DNA of 64,000 nucleotides from Novakomyces olei. Taxonomy: Eukaryota. This document shows positions 46,829-60,918 of this stretch, piece after piece. The stretch lies in the NCBI GenBank assembly GCA_016906335.1, contig JADEYG010000001.1:1116001-1180000 (forward strand), in the 5' to 3' direction. The position numbers and the translations under genes were made by a program. The notes beneath the pieces were generated by a model. That model was not told the origin of the DNA and did not search any database. It saw only the letters and a program-made list of their open reading frames with translations. Numbering within the stretch: the first letter of the stretch is position 1; every line of letters starts with the position of its first letter.

Positions 46829-49800
46829 ATGCAAGAAAACGCGGCTCAAATATGTCAATTGCAGTCGCTGCAGAATGCTTACTTAGCTACAGATGCAAGC
46901 GCGTTTGCGAATGTAGCAACGCTAATACGGTCTCTCAATGAATCTCATATTTTACGCGGTATTCCTTCCAACAGCCCTACACTGTCGCGGTGGGCGGCAC
47001 GGCTAAGCTCTCTACTGCAAAGCCGATTGCCATTTGGCAGATGGAGTGCAACTCTTCTTATTGAATTATCTGTGCGCGAAAACCGGAATTTGCTCGAGTC
47101 TCATGGAGGGAAATGGCTCCGGCTATTGTTTGATCTTTTACGCGTATGAACCATTTACAAGTTTCTTGTCCACTCTTATGTCTGATCTTCTTTGTACAAT
47201 GAGCTTTTACGACATTACCTTGTTTGTTATAGGGCTTTAGTTGGTTTCTATTGGCTTTTTGTACTGTCTTTTTACATTTCTACTTCGATCTCGTAGTTTG
47301 ACTTCCGAGAATGTCTGTGCCTGACTGAACAATTTACCTTCAGCATTTTATTAGCTACCATTTTTCGTGTTTTGGCTTTTCGCTTTTTGAGTTTTTTGTC
47401 TCCCTTATTTGATGTCGCTATGTTTAGTTTTATGATTATTTTAATATTTATTAATATTTGTTGTTTTTTTGAGCACAATCTAATCTGCAGAAACCCAGCG
47501 AAATCGACACGGTCTCAGAAGGTTGTGCTCTGTGCTCATACACCATATTTCTCAGCTCCAAGTCTATTACACAATTGACGCGAGAAATAACGACCCCCTA
47601 CCTTGGCCCCTTTGTGAACAGCCTTGTGTCCATCTGCCGGAATCGGCCAGCATCTCGAACTTTTTCTTTCACTTTACTGGCAAATGTACTGGAGACTTTC
47701 CCCGCCCAATGTCGAAGCGTGGTGAAGGATGTTCGTGCTCTCTGTCACCAGTTTTTGAATGAAAATCAGTCACCTACCCCGGAGTTATTCCAAAGTGTTT
47801 GCAAATGCTATGCAAAGCTACATTTTGTATCCGGAGGAAAACACGGTGCGGGTAAGTCTGGTGGGGCAAATGAGGGTAATGGGTACTTGGAATTGCACTC
47901 TGATATCACCGCCATTGCTGTAGAGTACCATTTATGCTTGGACGCCATTTTCAGCGTTTTTGTTGGTGACGAGACGTTACGTCAAGTCGGGGCATCTTCG
48001 CTTAATCTTGATCCTTTGCCTGCGAATTACGAGTCGGCTTCTTCTCGAATTGTATTAAGGCTTTCTCGGCTAACTTCTCTATTGTCTATTGTCATTGATC
48101 AGTCGGCAAAACGGTTCGTCTTGTTTCCAGTTGGAACCATTTTCGATCTCGTAAAGCGATGCCTTGGCAAGCAAGTCAATTCATCTGTACGTAATTAGTT
48201 TGCTTGATTACTAACTTTTTAAAGATTAATCAGGATGTAAGCCAAGCTCGGCAAGCGATTATGCTCTCTTATCTCCCGGTGTTGCAAAAATTAGCAACTG
48301 AATTGGCAATAGACTTAATCAAAATGTGAGTTTGGGCTTTGATTGTTCCTATTTACACTTAGCAAGGGTTGTTTAAACCTTTGTTATTGTCATAACATTT
48401 ATTTTCTGAGACATTTACTTTTTATTAGATTTTCTGTTTATTATGTTTATTTAAATATTATTTTGTATTTAGTATATCATTGTTTTATATTTAATTTACG
48501 TCAATTATCGCCGGAACACAACTAACCTACCAACAGAACGGGCCAGAATTTTGCTGTACATTTAAGACCCTTGATCGACCTATCTCTTGAATGTATAAAA
48601 AATTCAACCCATCAACCCTTTTTGCAGACGGCAGTTTTCAACTTGTACACTCTTATATTTGACACCTTTCAAATACTAGACGTGGACCCTAAAAGCGATG
48701 AGGCACTTTTTATAAACATCAGAGCGCTTCTAAAACTCGCTATCTCCAAACTGCAAGAGGAGGATATCGATAATAACTTTGGTATAAAGGATACAGGCAA
48801 TCTTGGTACAGGAGGCATATTCCGCTCCACTAAACGACAAAAGACGCAGGACACGACCTCGCTTACTCAGCCATCTGATATTTCGAACTCTAGTTTAGCC
48901 AGTGTAACAGAAGTTGCTGCTCTCGGCCTGATAAGAAGCGTTTTTACTGCCTCTTATTCGGCCTCCGGAACAGTCCTTCTCAAAGAAACAGAGCTATACA
49001 ATCTCGAGCGCAAGTGTCTAAAGATTATATTCACTACGTCTTCAGACACGCAGCCCACGAGTGAAAGCAGTGCAAAGTTAATATTGGCTACGCGAGCACT
49101 GAGAGCAATTTGCTTTAGGCAAAGCAAGACTGTCCCGCCATTGCCTCATCTCCTCCACGTTTGCACAGGCCAAAGTGGACTGGAACACGCAAGTTATGCT
49201 GTGCGTGCAGATTCACGTGATGCAATGATTGACCTTGATTTGCTCCTGCATCCAGAATTGCCTGTCAGTGTGGTGACAAAGACACAGCCTGGATCACGGG
49301 CAGAAAAGGTAGACGTTTCTTTTGTCAGAGGAATGGCAAACAATAGAGATCTATTTCAAGAGGCAATTGAGTCGCAGGAGACAACAGAGACCAAAGAAAA
49401 CGCCGTTGAAAGCAAAGAGACTACGACAGCTGCTTCAAACTGTTCTTCGCCTGCACTTTCAAGGAGTCCTTTGCCCAAGACTCTGACTGATCCTGATTTT
49501 GTGCAAAACGCGTTTAGTGTGAAATCCAACTTGGGTCCTCCCGATGAAAACCAACATCTTTCAAAGCTAGAAAACAGTTTTCGTGAAACAGCGGCAACGG
49601 AATCGCCGTCAAGCAATATTCATATTTCGCCTCTGAAACGAAGCTCACCGTCCCAAGACAATTTGCTAATCACTCCTGATAATTATCCACACTATTCCTC
49701 ACCCATCCCTCGTTATGACGTGGAAGAACACGCAGGTCTTGCTGTTTCTGAAAGCCGCACAGGGGAAGATCCGCAGACAGAGCAGTCACTGGATAAAAAT

Positions 49801-50196
49801 ACAGATTTAAACAAGGAAGAGTCGAGTGAAGGAATTTCAGATATTAGGGCCTCGGTGACTGAAACTGGACAAAGGCAAAATGCAACTGTGGGCAATGGCC
49901 CTGTTTCAGGGAAAGGAGAAAACAAAAAAGAAAAAGAAAAAGAAAATATCAAAAATTTAGGAGACGAAACAGAGGAGCTTAGGGGTGAACCAGGTACGGA
50001 TTCCGATTTAACCAAGGCACCTCCTGGCCAGCATTTGGAAATAACTGAGCAAATTTTCACTGTTGAAAACGATGCAGCGCATCAACCTCAAAATAATGTC
50101 ACAACGATTACTGTGGCGACTAATGTTGAGTCGGAGCAGGGATCTGAAGATGAGGAGATGCCTGAGCTTGATCCAACATTTTCAGATAGCGAGTAA
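46829..50196 (+). CDS. RIX1: Rix1/PELP1-like pre-60S factor; 3 introns; alternative in-frame ATG at 46778
   Basis: RWAARLSSLLQS..GRW..W, TREITTPYL, LLLHPELP, acidic low-complexity tail ending EDEEMPELD. Confidence 0.78.
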
Positions 50197-50560
50197 ATAA
50201 ATGGTATTGGGAGTCTAATTGATGAATCGTCATTGAGAAGCATCGAGAAAAAGAGTGATTGCACATTTGTGATTCTTTTTTCTCACCAAAAGCGTTTGCA
50301 ATAAAAGTGGAAAGGTATCTGGTATGGTTTTGACCACAAAAGCATACGGAGAGCAAGAGTATCGTGCTTTTAAAAGCATAATTGATACATCAGAAATCGT
50401 CTGCTCGCCTGTGATGTGAGTATACAGTCTATGTAATAAGAAAGAGTGTAGTACATACATATGCTGAGCAAAAGACTCTTCAACAATACTTTAATTTGCC
50501 TGAATGTATTTTGTTAAAACTGCATATTGCAGAAGGATGCTAATTCATCTAATGTTATAT

Positions 50561-50578
50561 AAACCCTAACCCTAACCC
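50561..50578. promoter_or_regulatory. Telobox AAACCCTAACCCTAACCC upstream of GRS1
   Basis: Telomere-type repeats about 190 bp before the first ATG. Confidence 0.6.
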
Positions 50579-50763
50579 GTACTTTGACATTCATTACGCA
50601 AATAAAAACTCTAATAATTAAGTCGCATGTACTGACAATAGTTCCATATGTAATTGTACACATATAGCGGACCTGCCAATTATACGCTTAATCGCATTAC
50701 GGTCAAGCTGTATAATAATTCCGCCAGAAAATAATTATTTGGCGGCGATCAAAAGTTTTGTGC

Positions 50764-53341
50764 ATGCACAAACTGACAGCGGTTCGTATCTTTTTCGTGA
50801 CAAAGACGCGAGCTTCGTTTGCCTTTAATTCCTGTAAAAGGCACTTTTCACAGTCTGCGAGTACAGATTTACCTAAAGCAAGATCGGCAATGGCGAGTCG
50901 CAAGGATGCTCCGCCTTTTGATCGTGGCACGTTTGAGGATTTGATGAAAAGGCGATTCTTTTACGCGCCGTCATTTGACTTGTACGGAGGAATTTCAGGA
51001 CTCTATGATTACGGTCCGCCAGGCTGTGCCCTTCAGGCTCATATTTTAGAGCATTTTCGACGTCATTTTGTGATTGAAGAGAGTATGCTGGAAGTTGACT
51101 GTACTGCTCTCACTCCACACGAAGTCCTCAAGACCTCGGGACATGTTGATAAATTTGCAGACTGGATGTGCAAGGACCCAAGTACGGGTGAGATTTTTCG
51201 TGCGGATCACCTTGTGGAAGAGGTGCTTGAAGCAAAATTGAAGGGCAATTTGATTGCACGTGGCCGCGAGGACGAGAAGCCAGGTGCTGCTGATGCTGAT
51301 GATAAGAAAAAGAAGAAAAAGAAGGTGAAGGAAATTAAGGCAATTAAATTGGAAGATGCGCAAGTTGAAGAAATTGAACATATTCTAGCCCAGGTATGAA
51401 ATTTGTGGACTCAATGTAGATTGATATTGTCTCGATACATTTAATTTTTTTTTTAGTATTTAATATTTAATATATTATTTATTTATTTATTTTTTGAAAC
51501 TAGTTTCATGGATTTTTTTCTATAACAACATATCATTGGGGTTGTGTTGTATGTTCAATTCATACCTATATGTTATCTATTGATCCCAAGAAAGGCTATA
51601 AGCTCACGCTATAGATTGACAATTACGATGGACCTGGACTTTCCAAAATTATGGAGAAATTTGATATCCGGAATCCTGCGACTGACGGCAAACTTGAACC
51701 GCCTGTTGAGTTCAATCTCATGTTTGAGACACAAATTGGACCCAGCGGAGGTTTAAAAGGCTACCTTCGTCCTGAAACTGCTCAGGGACAGTTCCTGAAT
51801 TTCAACAAACTTTACGAATTCAACAACTCAAAAGTTCCCTTTGCTAGTGCGTCTATCGGAAAGGCTTTCCGCAATGAAATTTCGCCCAGAGGCGGTCTTT
51901 TACGAGTACGCGAGTTTCTAATGGCGGAAATTGAACATTTCGTAGATCCTTCAAACAAGTCACACGCAAGGTTTCATGAAGTTGAGCATATTGAACTGCC
52001 TTTGCTCTCGCGTGACGTTCAGTTGTCCGGAAAAACGACTCCTACAACTCTTTCTATCGGAGAGGCTGTCAAAATGGTACGCTTATAAAGCTTTTAATGG
52101 CATTTAGTCTTTTCAGTTTTGTTCTTATTGTCTGTCATTTCTCGCGTATTAGTTTTCAAATTTCATCTTTTTCGCCCTTTTTGATTTCAATATTTTTGCT
52201 AATTTTTTAACAGAAACTTGTCGACAATTCAACGCTGGGTTATTTTCTTGCTAGAATTTACCTGTTCCTAACGCTTATTGGTGTTGATCCATCTCGATTG
52301 CGTTTCAGACAGCATATGGCTAATGAAATGGCTCATTATGCCGCTGACTGCTGGGACGCTGAGCTGCATACATCTTATGGATGGATCGAATGTGTTGGCT
52401 GTGCTGATCGCTCAGCTTACGATTTAAGTGTTCATTCAAAGAAAACCGGAACGCCTCTTGTTGTACGGGAACGGTTGCCGGAGCCGATTGTTACGGAAGG
52501 CTTTGAGATTGAAATCGATAATAAAAAATTTGGACCAAAATTCAAAAAGGACTCTAAGGCAATTCAAGATGCTATGAACTCGTGGTCTGATTCTGAATTG
52601 GTAGCAAAGCAAAAAGAAGCTGCCAGCAATGCATCAATTCAGGTAATTGCTGATGACAAAGAGTTTGAGGTGCCTTCAGACTTTTTCAAGATTGAACTTA
52701 AAGTAAAACAGCAGCATGGTATGATTTATTTGTTTGCTTATTTATCTATTTATTCATATATTTATTCATGTTGATTTTGAATGCATTAAATAATGTATAT
52801 TATTCTCATGCTTGTTTGCTTTATTTTGAAATACTTACAGTCTGTAGTCCGGGAGTATGTTCCCAACGTGATTGAACCTTCCTTTGGTATTGGCAGAATC
52901 TTGTATTCTTTGATGGAACATTGCTATTGGACTCGACCTGAAGACGTCGATCGTGGAGTGCTTTCTTTTCCACCCACAGTTGCTCCTACTAAAGTATTGC
53001 TAGTGCCTTTAAGCAGCAATCCTGTATTTGCTCCAATTGTTGCCAGGATTTCTCGAAAACTACGAAAAATGGGTGTAGCAAATAAAGTTGATGATTCTAC
53101 AGCAGGAATCGGGAAAAGGTATGCTAGAAACGATGAGCTGGGCACTCCATTTGGTATTACTGTCGACTTTCAAAGCGACAAGGATAACACTATAACTCTG
53201 CGGGAGCGTGATACGACCAAGCAAGTTCGTGGTCCAGAAGATGAGATTCTATCTTCATTGTCTGGACTTTGCGAGGGAAATTTAGTATGGCAAGATGTTT
53301 GCAACAAATTTGGCGAGTTTAAAGGCCAGGAGCTAGACTAG
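50764..53341 (+). CDS. GRS1: Glycyl-tRNA synthetase; 3 introns; in-frame ATGs at 50764 and 50890
   Basis: [59 protein letters not shown], anticodon-binding domain. Confidence 0.96.
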
Positions 53342-53591
53342 ACTAGTCTTTCTAGAATAAATATAACTAATTTTAATTGTAATTGTAATTGTAATTGTAA
53401 TTGTAATATAATTTAATATAAATACATATACATATACAAATACAAATATGATTATTATGATTATTATTATTATTTTTTTTATTGCACACTCGGTGATTAT
53501 ACCGGTATCTTGGAACAGGCCATTTATGGTCTTGACAGTTTGATAAATCGATCCGCACTGAAGGAGCGGGTTACAGCTCATAAAAACATGA

Positions 53592-56500
53592 ATGGCCGAT
53601 TGCAGCTCTGAGCATGATTCTCTCATTTCTAGCAAGGCATACAATTTACGATACAAGCCTTCTTATGGGGCGCTAAATGGCGATACGGATCTGTCAAATA
53701 TTGGGTTTGATCAAGAGCATAAAAGTTCAGTCCACTCGCGTCGACGAAACAGTATGCTGAGCGCCCTCAGACGACAGCGGAGTCAAACCGCTGTTGAAAT
53801 TGCTCTCGATGAAGGTTACGCTCCTCTGCGAGACGAAAACGCTGTAGATTTATCAGATGAAGAGGACGATAACCTTCAAGATGATAGGTACTTTGAAAAT
53901 TTGAACTATTGTTTTTGAAATGCACGTTTCTCTTTTGCTAGTGGAGCTTTGTTTTGTCTGTGAATTCTTTTATTTTCTTTCTTCAAAGGTTTCGTGTTTG
54001 TCAGAAGAATATGCATTTGAGAATGAAACAGTCCTTGTTTATTTATTTTACAAACAGTTCAATAGAGCAATTTGAAAACAAAAGACTAATTGTTATACAG
54101 TCCGTTTGAAGAAGTACGATCGTGTGTGCCGCCAGTTGATGATCCGTCATTACCCGTTAATACTGTGAGAATGTGGGTATTGGCTACGTTTTTTACCCTT
54201 GTCGGGTCTTCGGTCAATTTACTCTTTTCTCTAAGATATCCGTCAATATTTGTGAATGCCATTATTGCTCAGTTGCTTTCGCATCCTGTTGGTCGGGCGT
54301 GGCATAAGTGGGTGCCTTATAATGTACGGGTATTTGGCTACGATATTCCGTTAAACATTGAATCTGAATGGAATGTGAAGGAGCATGCTTGCGTTTATAT
54401 GGCATCCAATGTATCGTTCGGGTATGAGGTCCTGCTCTATTTTTTTTGTTAATAAATTCATTGTTATATATTTATGGATTTTTGCTGTACTTTAGCATTT
54501 TAAAATTCTATTACATATCATTTTTTAATGAATTTTTCATTATTCATCACTTAGTTGATATCATGTCTACCAATTTCATAATGCTTACCCCAGGTTTGCT
54601 TATGCTACCGATATTCTTACAGAGCAAATGAAATTCTATGGCCAGAGCCTGGGATGGACGTATCAGATCCTTTTTGCTGTGTCGTCGCAAATTATTGGAT
54701 ACTCCTTTGCCGGATTTTGCTCATCTATATTAGTTCAGCCTAGTGCAATGATTTGGCCGAGTTGCCTTGTAAATTGTGCCCTATTTCAAGTTCTTCACTC
54801 GGAAAAGACATCTGCTTCTGCAGAATTGGAACAGACTCCAGAGCCAATTGCTCGCAAAAGCAAACTATTTCTTTCTGTGTTTACAGGTGCTTTTGCCTGG
54901 CATTTTTTTCCTGCTTTCATTGCTCCGTTTCTCTCCAATTTTAATGTGTTAACATGGACTAATCCCCAAAACCCTATTCTTTCCAGTCTTTTTGGGGTCA
55001 AAACGGGTTTAGGGTTGCTTCCCGTCACTTTTGACTGGGGACAGGTTGCGTACATTGGGAGCCCATTGATGGTTCCTTGGTGGGCTATGGTGAACATCTT
55101 TGCAGGGTTTATTGTGATTTGTGTACTGCTCGGGTCGCTTTTCTTGTAAGTTTTGATCCCAGAATTTGCCTGGTTTACATGATCTATACACATGCATATT
55201 TTCATCTACTATTGAAATGTTTTATTATCAGTTCTTTGTCTAAATTTAATATCTTTTGTTTGTTATTGTATTAAATATTTACCATCATATCCATTAATTC
55301 CCAATATCTTTCTTACTAACTAAAGGTACCTGAACGTTTGGAATGCAAAATACATGCCTGTGGTTTCTAGTGAAATCTACGATAATACTGGCAAAGTGTA
55401 CAATGTCAGTCGCATACTGCGCTACAGTGGGGCAAATGGGCAAACTCAGTTAGAGGCAGGTGTGTTTACTCCCAATGCAACGGCACTTCCCTCATTTTCA
55501 ACGGGAATCGAACTCGATGTCGACCGTTACAAACAGTATAGTCCAATGAATCTGCCCATCGTTTACGCACTCAGTATTGGCGCTTCTTTTGCCAGTCTCA
55601 CCGCTTTAATTGTGCACTGTATACTGTACTTTGGACCAGTAATAAGAAGCAAAATTAAAGCACAGGGAACCGGTGACAGCAAGTTCGGCAAACAGGACAT
55701 TCATGTGCGTCTAATGATGAAATACAAAAAGGTTCCATTCCACTGGTATTTAGTTACCTTCTTCATCCCGCTGGGGTGTGCCTTATATATTTGCATGGCG
55801 TAAGTAACATATGAACATATTATTGATTTATATATATATTTTTTAATGTTCTTTTTTTTTTATTCGCTCACATTCATTCTAATTTTCAGATACCCACTCG
55901 GGCTTTCGTGGTATGGGCTGCTGTTTGCCCTGTTTATCTGCGTTTTATTTTTTGTCCCAATCGGACTGATTGCCGCGGCTACTAATCAGGTGCCGAGTAC
56001 TTTATTGCTCTGCCAGATTATCGCGGGCTACTTGTATCCCGGATCACCAACCAGCAACATGATCTTTCACACATACGGATATGTAAGTATTGTAAATGTT
56101 TACAAAAAGAAGCAAAACTACTAAAGCTTTAATTATTTTTATCGTATAAACTCGATTTTACTGATTCGTAATATTATACGTTTTTATATTTTTGTATTTA
56201 CATAATTTTGTGTCTTAATATTTACTTATTTATTTATTTATTTAAATTTTATTCATTTTTAGGTTTCTAATGTGATAGATTACGGGTATTCAAGGCCTCA
56301 AGTTTTGTGCAGACATGAAACTTGGCTCTTATCTAAAAGTCCCACCACGTGTACTTTTCTCTGTTCAACTGTACGCCACTGTGGTTGGCTCACTCGTCCA
56401 AGTCGGGACATTGAACTATTTGCTTAAAACAATCCCAAATATCTGTACGCTCGATGCGGCTGCTGGCTTTGTTTGCCCCTTCGCCCGCGTTCATTTCAAT

Positions 56501-57010
56501 TCTTCTGTAATGTGGGGTCTGATCGGTCCCAACCGGATTTTTGGTTCAAGCGGAATATACAATAAGCTGCTGTACGCATTTCTTATTGGTGCCATTCTGC
56601 CCATACCGATATGGTACTTGGAGCGACGTGCTCGCACTGGGATTCAAGGCAATAATGATAGTATTTGGAAATGGATTAATGTCCCTGTAATTCTCGGAGG
56701 TTTGGGTTGGATTCCTCCTGCCAGTGGACTCAATTTCACTTCGTGGTTCAGTATTGGAGTGTTTAGCAATTTGTTTGTACGACGATATTTCAACAATTTT
56801 TGGCGACGACAAAATTTCGTTCTTTCTGCCGCACTCGATTCCGCGGTTGCACTAACGCTTGTGGTTGGATTTTTCGTTTTTGTTGAGACTGGGTTAACGG
56901 GCAAAATTACTTGGTGGCCGTCCACAGTTTTCAAACAAGGGTGCGACTGGTACGGATGCCCTTTGTGGAAAGTCAAGGATGGCGAGCATTTTGGGCCACA
57001 GAATTTTTGA
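53592..57010 (+). CDS. OPT-family oligopeptide transporter; 5 introns
   Basis: DDSPFEEVR, DDPSLPVNTVRMW, NVKEH, AMIWPS, TFDWGQV, DIHVRLMMKYKKVP, DMKLGSYLKVPPR, NFVLSAALD. Confidence 0.93.
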
Positions 57011-58105
57011 ATTCGTTGTATATATGGGATAGAATGCAGAATTAAATGTATAATTTGATATGTATTATTATAGTTGTGGCTGCGGTCATAGTGTTCCCTT
57101 TTGGTATTGCTTTGGGTTTTGTTAAATGGCTTTTTTTGTGGAGGAGGAGGGGGGTTTTTTTTTCGTGTATAATCTATTTCCTTATTCTTCCATTTGGAGC
57201 CGCGTGCCATTTTAACCCTGACCCTTGTGATTAAATACACCGTATTTCCATTACGCACTTTGGCAACTAAACACTTTTTGGTACAATGGATAATATAAGC
57301 TGAAAACGTAGAACGGAAGGAATATATACTTTTGATTGGCTCCAAAGTAATGAATTCTCGCGGTTTGGGTAAATCAATTAAAACATGTTTTCAATCTTTT
57401 AAAAATCAGTAGGCAATAAGCATTCGTTGTAGTGCATATTGATACAGAATAAACCAAGATAGTATAAATTCACAATTGAGATAAATGGTACCTGAATTAA
57501 AACAACAACTAATTTTCGTATATTACGCGTGCATCGTGCACGCTTACAGATCATTTTACCCCACATTTAGTATCCTTAAGCGGGCTATAAGCGGACAGCA
57601 GCGCGAAACTTGTCCGGGGAAAGCGGATCTCGTGTAGATTTGCATAGACTAAAGCAACGGGTTTAGTGTGTCCCGCGTTGCGCGCAATGTGGTTCACTTT
57701 GATAAATATATAAATCAAATAAATTGATGGATGGGCGCGTAGATTATAAAAAGCTACTCGTGAGGACTGCAATCACTGTTCAACAATACTATTGTCTTTT
57801 GCATCGCGTCAGCATTTATTCTTCATAATCTTTCACGGCGAAGACAATACAATCTACGGAGACACCAACGGCTTTTGATCACAGAGTTGAGTCTATCATC
57901 AATCAAAACAAACTGAAAGCTTTGAGCATCACACTAATCTCGACTCTTAACCCTAATCGACAGCGCAACAAAGGGCCTGAAATAGGTAGCGCTAAACTAG
58001 TAAGCACCGGACGTTAAATTAGCTGCGCTAAACAAGTAACAGCGACTGGTAATCATCTGTATGATAACGAACACTAACAAGTAGCTCAGTGTGGTAACTG
58101 AATTT

Positions 58106-58292
58106 ATACCAAACACAGATATACCGAACACAGATATAGCGAACACAGATATAGCGAACACAATATATACCAAACACAAGATACAGTGAACGCAGACAAC
58201 ACACTATAGCGAACACAGATATACCGAACGCAGATATCACACTATACCAAACACAGATATACCGAACACAGATAACACACTATACCGAACAC
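58106..58292. repeat. Degenerate 15-bp minisatellite (AACACAGATATACCG) upstream of the sugar porter
   Basis: About 10 copies with longer variants, ending about 20 bp before the ATG. Confidence 0.9.
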
Positions 58293-58313
58293 TAGTCTAG
58301 AACGAGTAATATT

Positions 58314-60200
58314 ATGTCTAGCGCAAAGCCGTTACACTCACCAGCCAAACGACCAAGCTACGCGTCAACTCCATCGATTGCGGACTCGACCGCAGCAGTA
58401 GCGGACCCTGCAACAGAGAAACCAGAGTCAGACGTGGCTCATTTGGAGAATGTCTCTTCTCACGAAACTGACTCTGAGATTTTAGCAGCACAGGCGGCTG
58501 TTGAGCAGCGGCAGTCGCCGTGGACACGAAGCTTGCTGCGGCTGTACGTAATAATTGGCGTACTGTACTTTTGCGCCTGTTCGAACGGGTACGATGGATC
58601 TGTGTTTGGCAGCGTCAATGCAATGCCACAGTACGTTGACTATTTCAATGTCAGTTCTACCAGTTCCAAGGCCGGTTTCATTATGGCCGTCTACAATATT
58701 GGACAGTACGCGTCCATCTTTATGGCCCCCATTGTATCAAATATGTGGGGCCGCCGCTGGTGCATTGCCGCTGGCTGTACTGTTATTATTGTGGGCACTT
58801 GCATTCAAGCTACTGCTCGCGGAATCGCTCAGTTAGCTGTAGGGAGAGCTCTGCTCGGGTTCGGTGTCTCCTTTATCAATAACGGAGGAATAACACTCGT
58901 TTGCGAACTGGCACATCCACAGTTTCGAGGGTTTCAAACAGGTCTGTACAATTGCTGCTGGTGGATTGGGTCTATTATTGCCTCTTGGGTGGCAGTTGGT
59001 GCTTCTTACAGGGAATCAAGTATTGCCTTTCGTATCCCTATTTGGTGCCAGCTTATTACTCCCAGTATTGTCTTGGCTTTCGTGTTTTTCTTTCCAGACT
59101 CTCCTCGCTGGCACGTTGCTCATGGCCGGTACGATGAAGCTCAACGTATATTGGCGCGCTATCACGGAGAGGGCGACTGGAATCACCCAGTTGTGCGTCT
59201 GGAAATGTCGGAAATGAGACGCGTAATTGACCCGGAAAAGTCGCGTTTGCACTGGTACGACTACCGAGAGCTTTGGAGTACGAAGGCTGCTCGACGTCGA
59301 CTGCTTTGTGTTATTGGGATGGGCTTTTGCGGCCAGTATTTAACACCGGCTACTTATTATCTGCCAATCATGTTTCGTATTGCCGGCATTACCAATCCCC
59401 ATACTGCCCTGATTCTCTCTGGCGTCAAACCCGTTTTTAATTGGGCTGCTGCTGTTGCAGGCGCCCGGCTTACCGATATTATTGGCCGTCGAAAGCAGTT
59501 AATGGGCTCTGCTTGTGCTGTCGGGTTTGGATTTGCTATGATTTTAATGACGAATAAACTAGCTCTGGACAGACAAGATGGTGCTGCTGGATACGCTTCC
59601 ATTGCCCTTATTTATATCGTTTCACTCACAGTCAGTTTTGGATGGACTCCGTACCAGAGTATGTACATTGCCGAAGTCTTGACTACGGAGACACGGGCCC
59701 AGGGAACTGCTGTAGGCGCTCTGGCAAGTGCAATGGCCTCCACGCTGATCTCGTACACGTCTAGCCCCGCGTTTGGCGATATTGGATACTATTATTATAT
59801 TGTGTTTAGTACGTGGGAAATTAAATAACGAATATAAATACAATTTTATTTATATTCTGTTTATACATTCTATTTATTTACATGTTCATTTTATGAACTC
59901 TTTTTATTCATTTCGTATCTATCAATCTGCTAACAATTAGTCATCTTCAATTTTGGAACGGCCGTTTTTGTTTACTTTTACTGGCCCGAGACACGAAGGC
60001 TGACTTTGGAAGAATTGACTGTTGTATTTGAGGCTGAAAACCCAGTGGAAATGTCGATTCAAAGCCAGTCGAAACGCAAGGAGATTGTACAGTCGTTGGT
60101 ATCGGAAACTGGTACGCATGGAGTCGGCGACGCGCAAATTGATCCTTTGGCCCGTGTAAATTCAAAGCCAAAAGAAGCGCATGTGCATGTCTCCGTTTAA
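58314..60200 (+). CDS. MFS sugar porter, lactose permease/cellodextrin transporter-like; one intron near the 3' end
   Basis: NGYDGS, WGRRW, ELAHPQFRG, FRIPIWCQ, PDSPRW, LARYHG, IGRR, WPETRRLTLEEL. Confidence 0.92.
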
Positions 60201-60918
60201 AACGGGATTTTCCAGGTTTAAAAGGTCTATCTGTACCTTGCAAATTTTTGTTTATATTGTTGTATTGTTGTATTTAAACTTCTGCATTCAAATTGACTTT
60301 TAGTCAGAGGAGGTAGAAATTTGTATTATTTTGGAATTTTAATAGCCATGAGCCGGCTTGATACTACTTGAAACAATCCAAAGTTGGGAAAAACTATTAC
60401 AATATCAATAGTATTTACTTGCATAGGTCATAAATTTAACGATTTTGCTAGAATGGCAATGTGTACAATACCTTAAAGCTGAAGGCAGTATGCTGTAGAG
60501 CAGTTAATATCTGGGCAAGTAAGATATTTGAGACACGGAACTTAATTCTGGCTGGAAACACAATGAGGCTTGTGCTTGACCAATCTCTTTGCGATTACTC
60601 GATAGAGAAAAGCATGAACCTTTTTAGATGATATTCAATGATATTCAATGATATTCAAAGAGGAGGACCATTACAATAAAGTAGAGTATGCATTTATGAT
60701 TTTAAGCCCTTTAGATATAATATGGCTGCACTGAGATTATTTTCTATTCCTATAGATTGCAACTTTTGAGAAAGCTAATACATTAGGCTCTGAAAACCTT
60801 CAAGAAAAATACATAAGCATTTGGTCCACTTTTGCGGCACGAGTATTTGTAACATTCATTCATTCACAATAAAAACAATCCAAGCACGAGTTTATCCATG
60901 ATGTATATATAAGCAAAG

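Noticed and set aside
56644-57345. 233-aa minus-strand ORF
   Set aside because: Antisense to the OPT last exon and 3'UTR; low complexity; non-ATG start.
57946-57960. TAACCCTAA as a telomerase RNA template
   Set aside because: No supporting pseudoknot or three-way junction recognised, and it lies in the sugar-porter upstream region. Similar motifs at 12775, 41740 and 62430 are intron branch sites.
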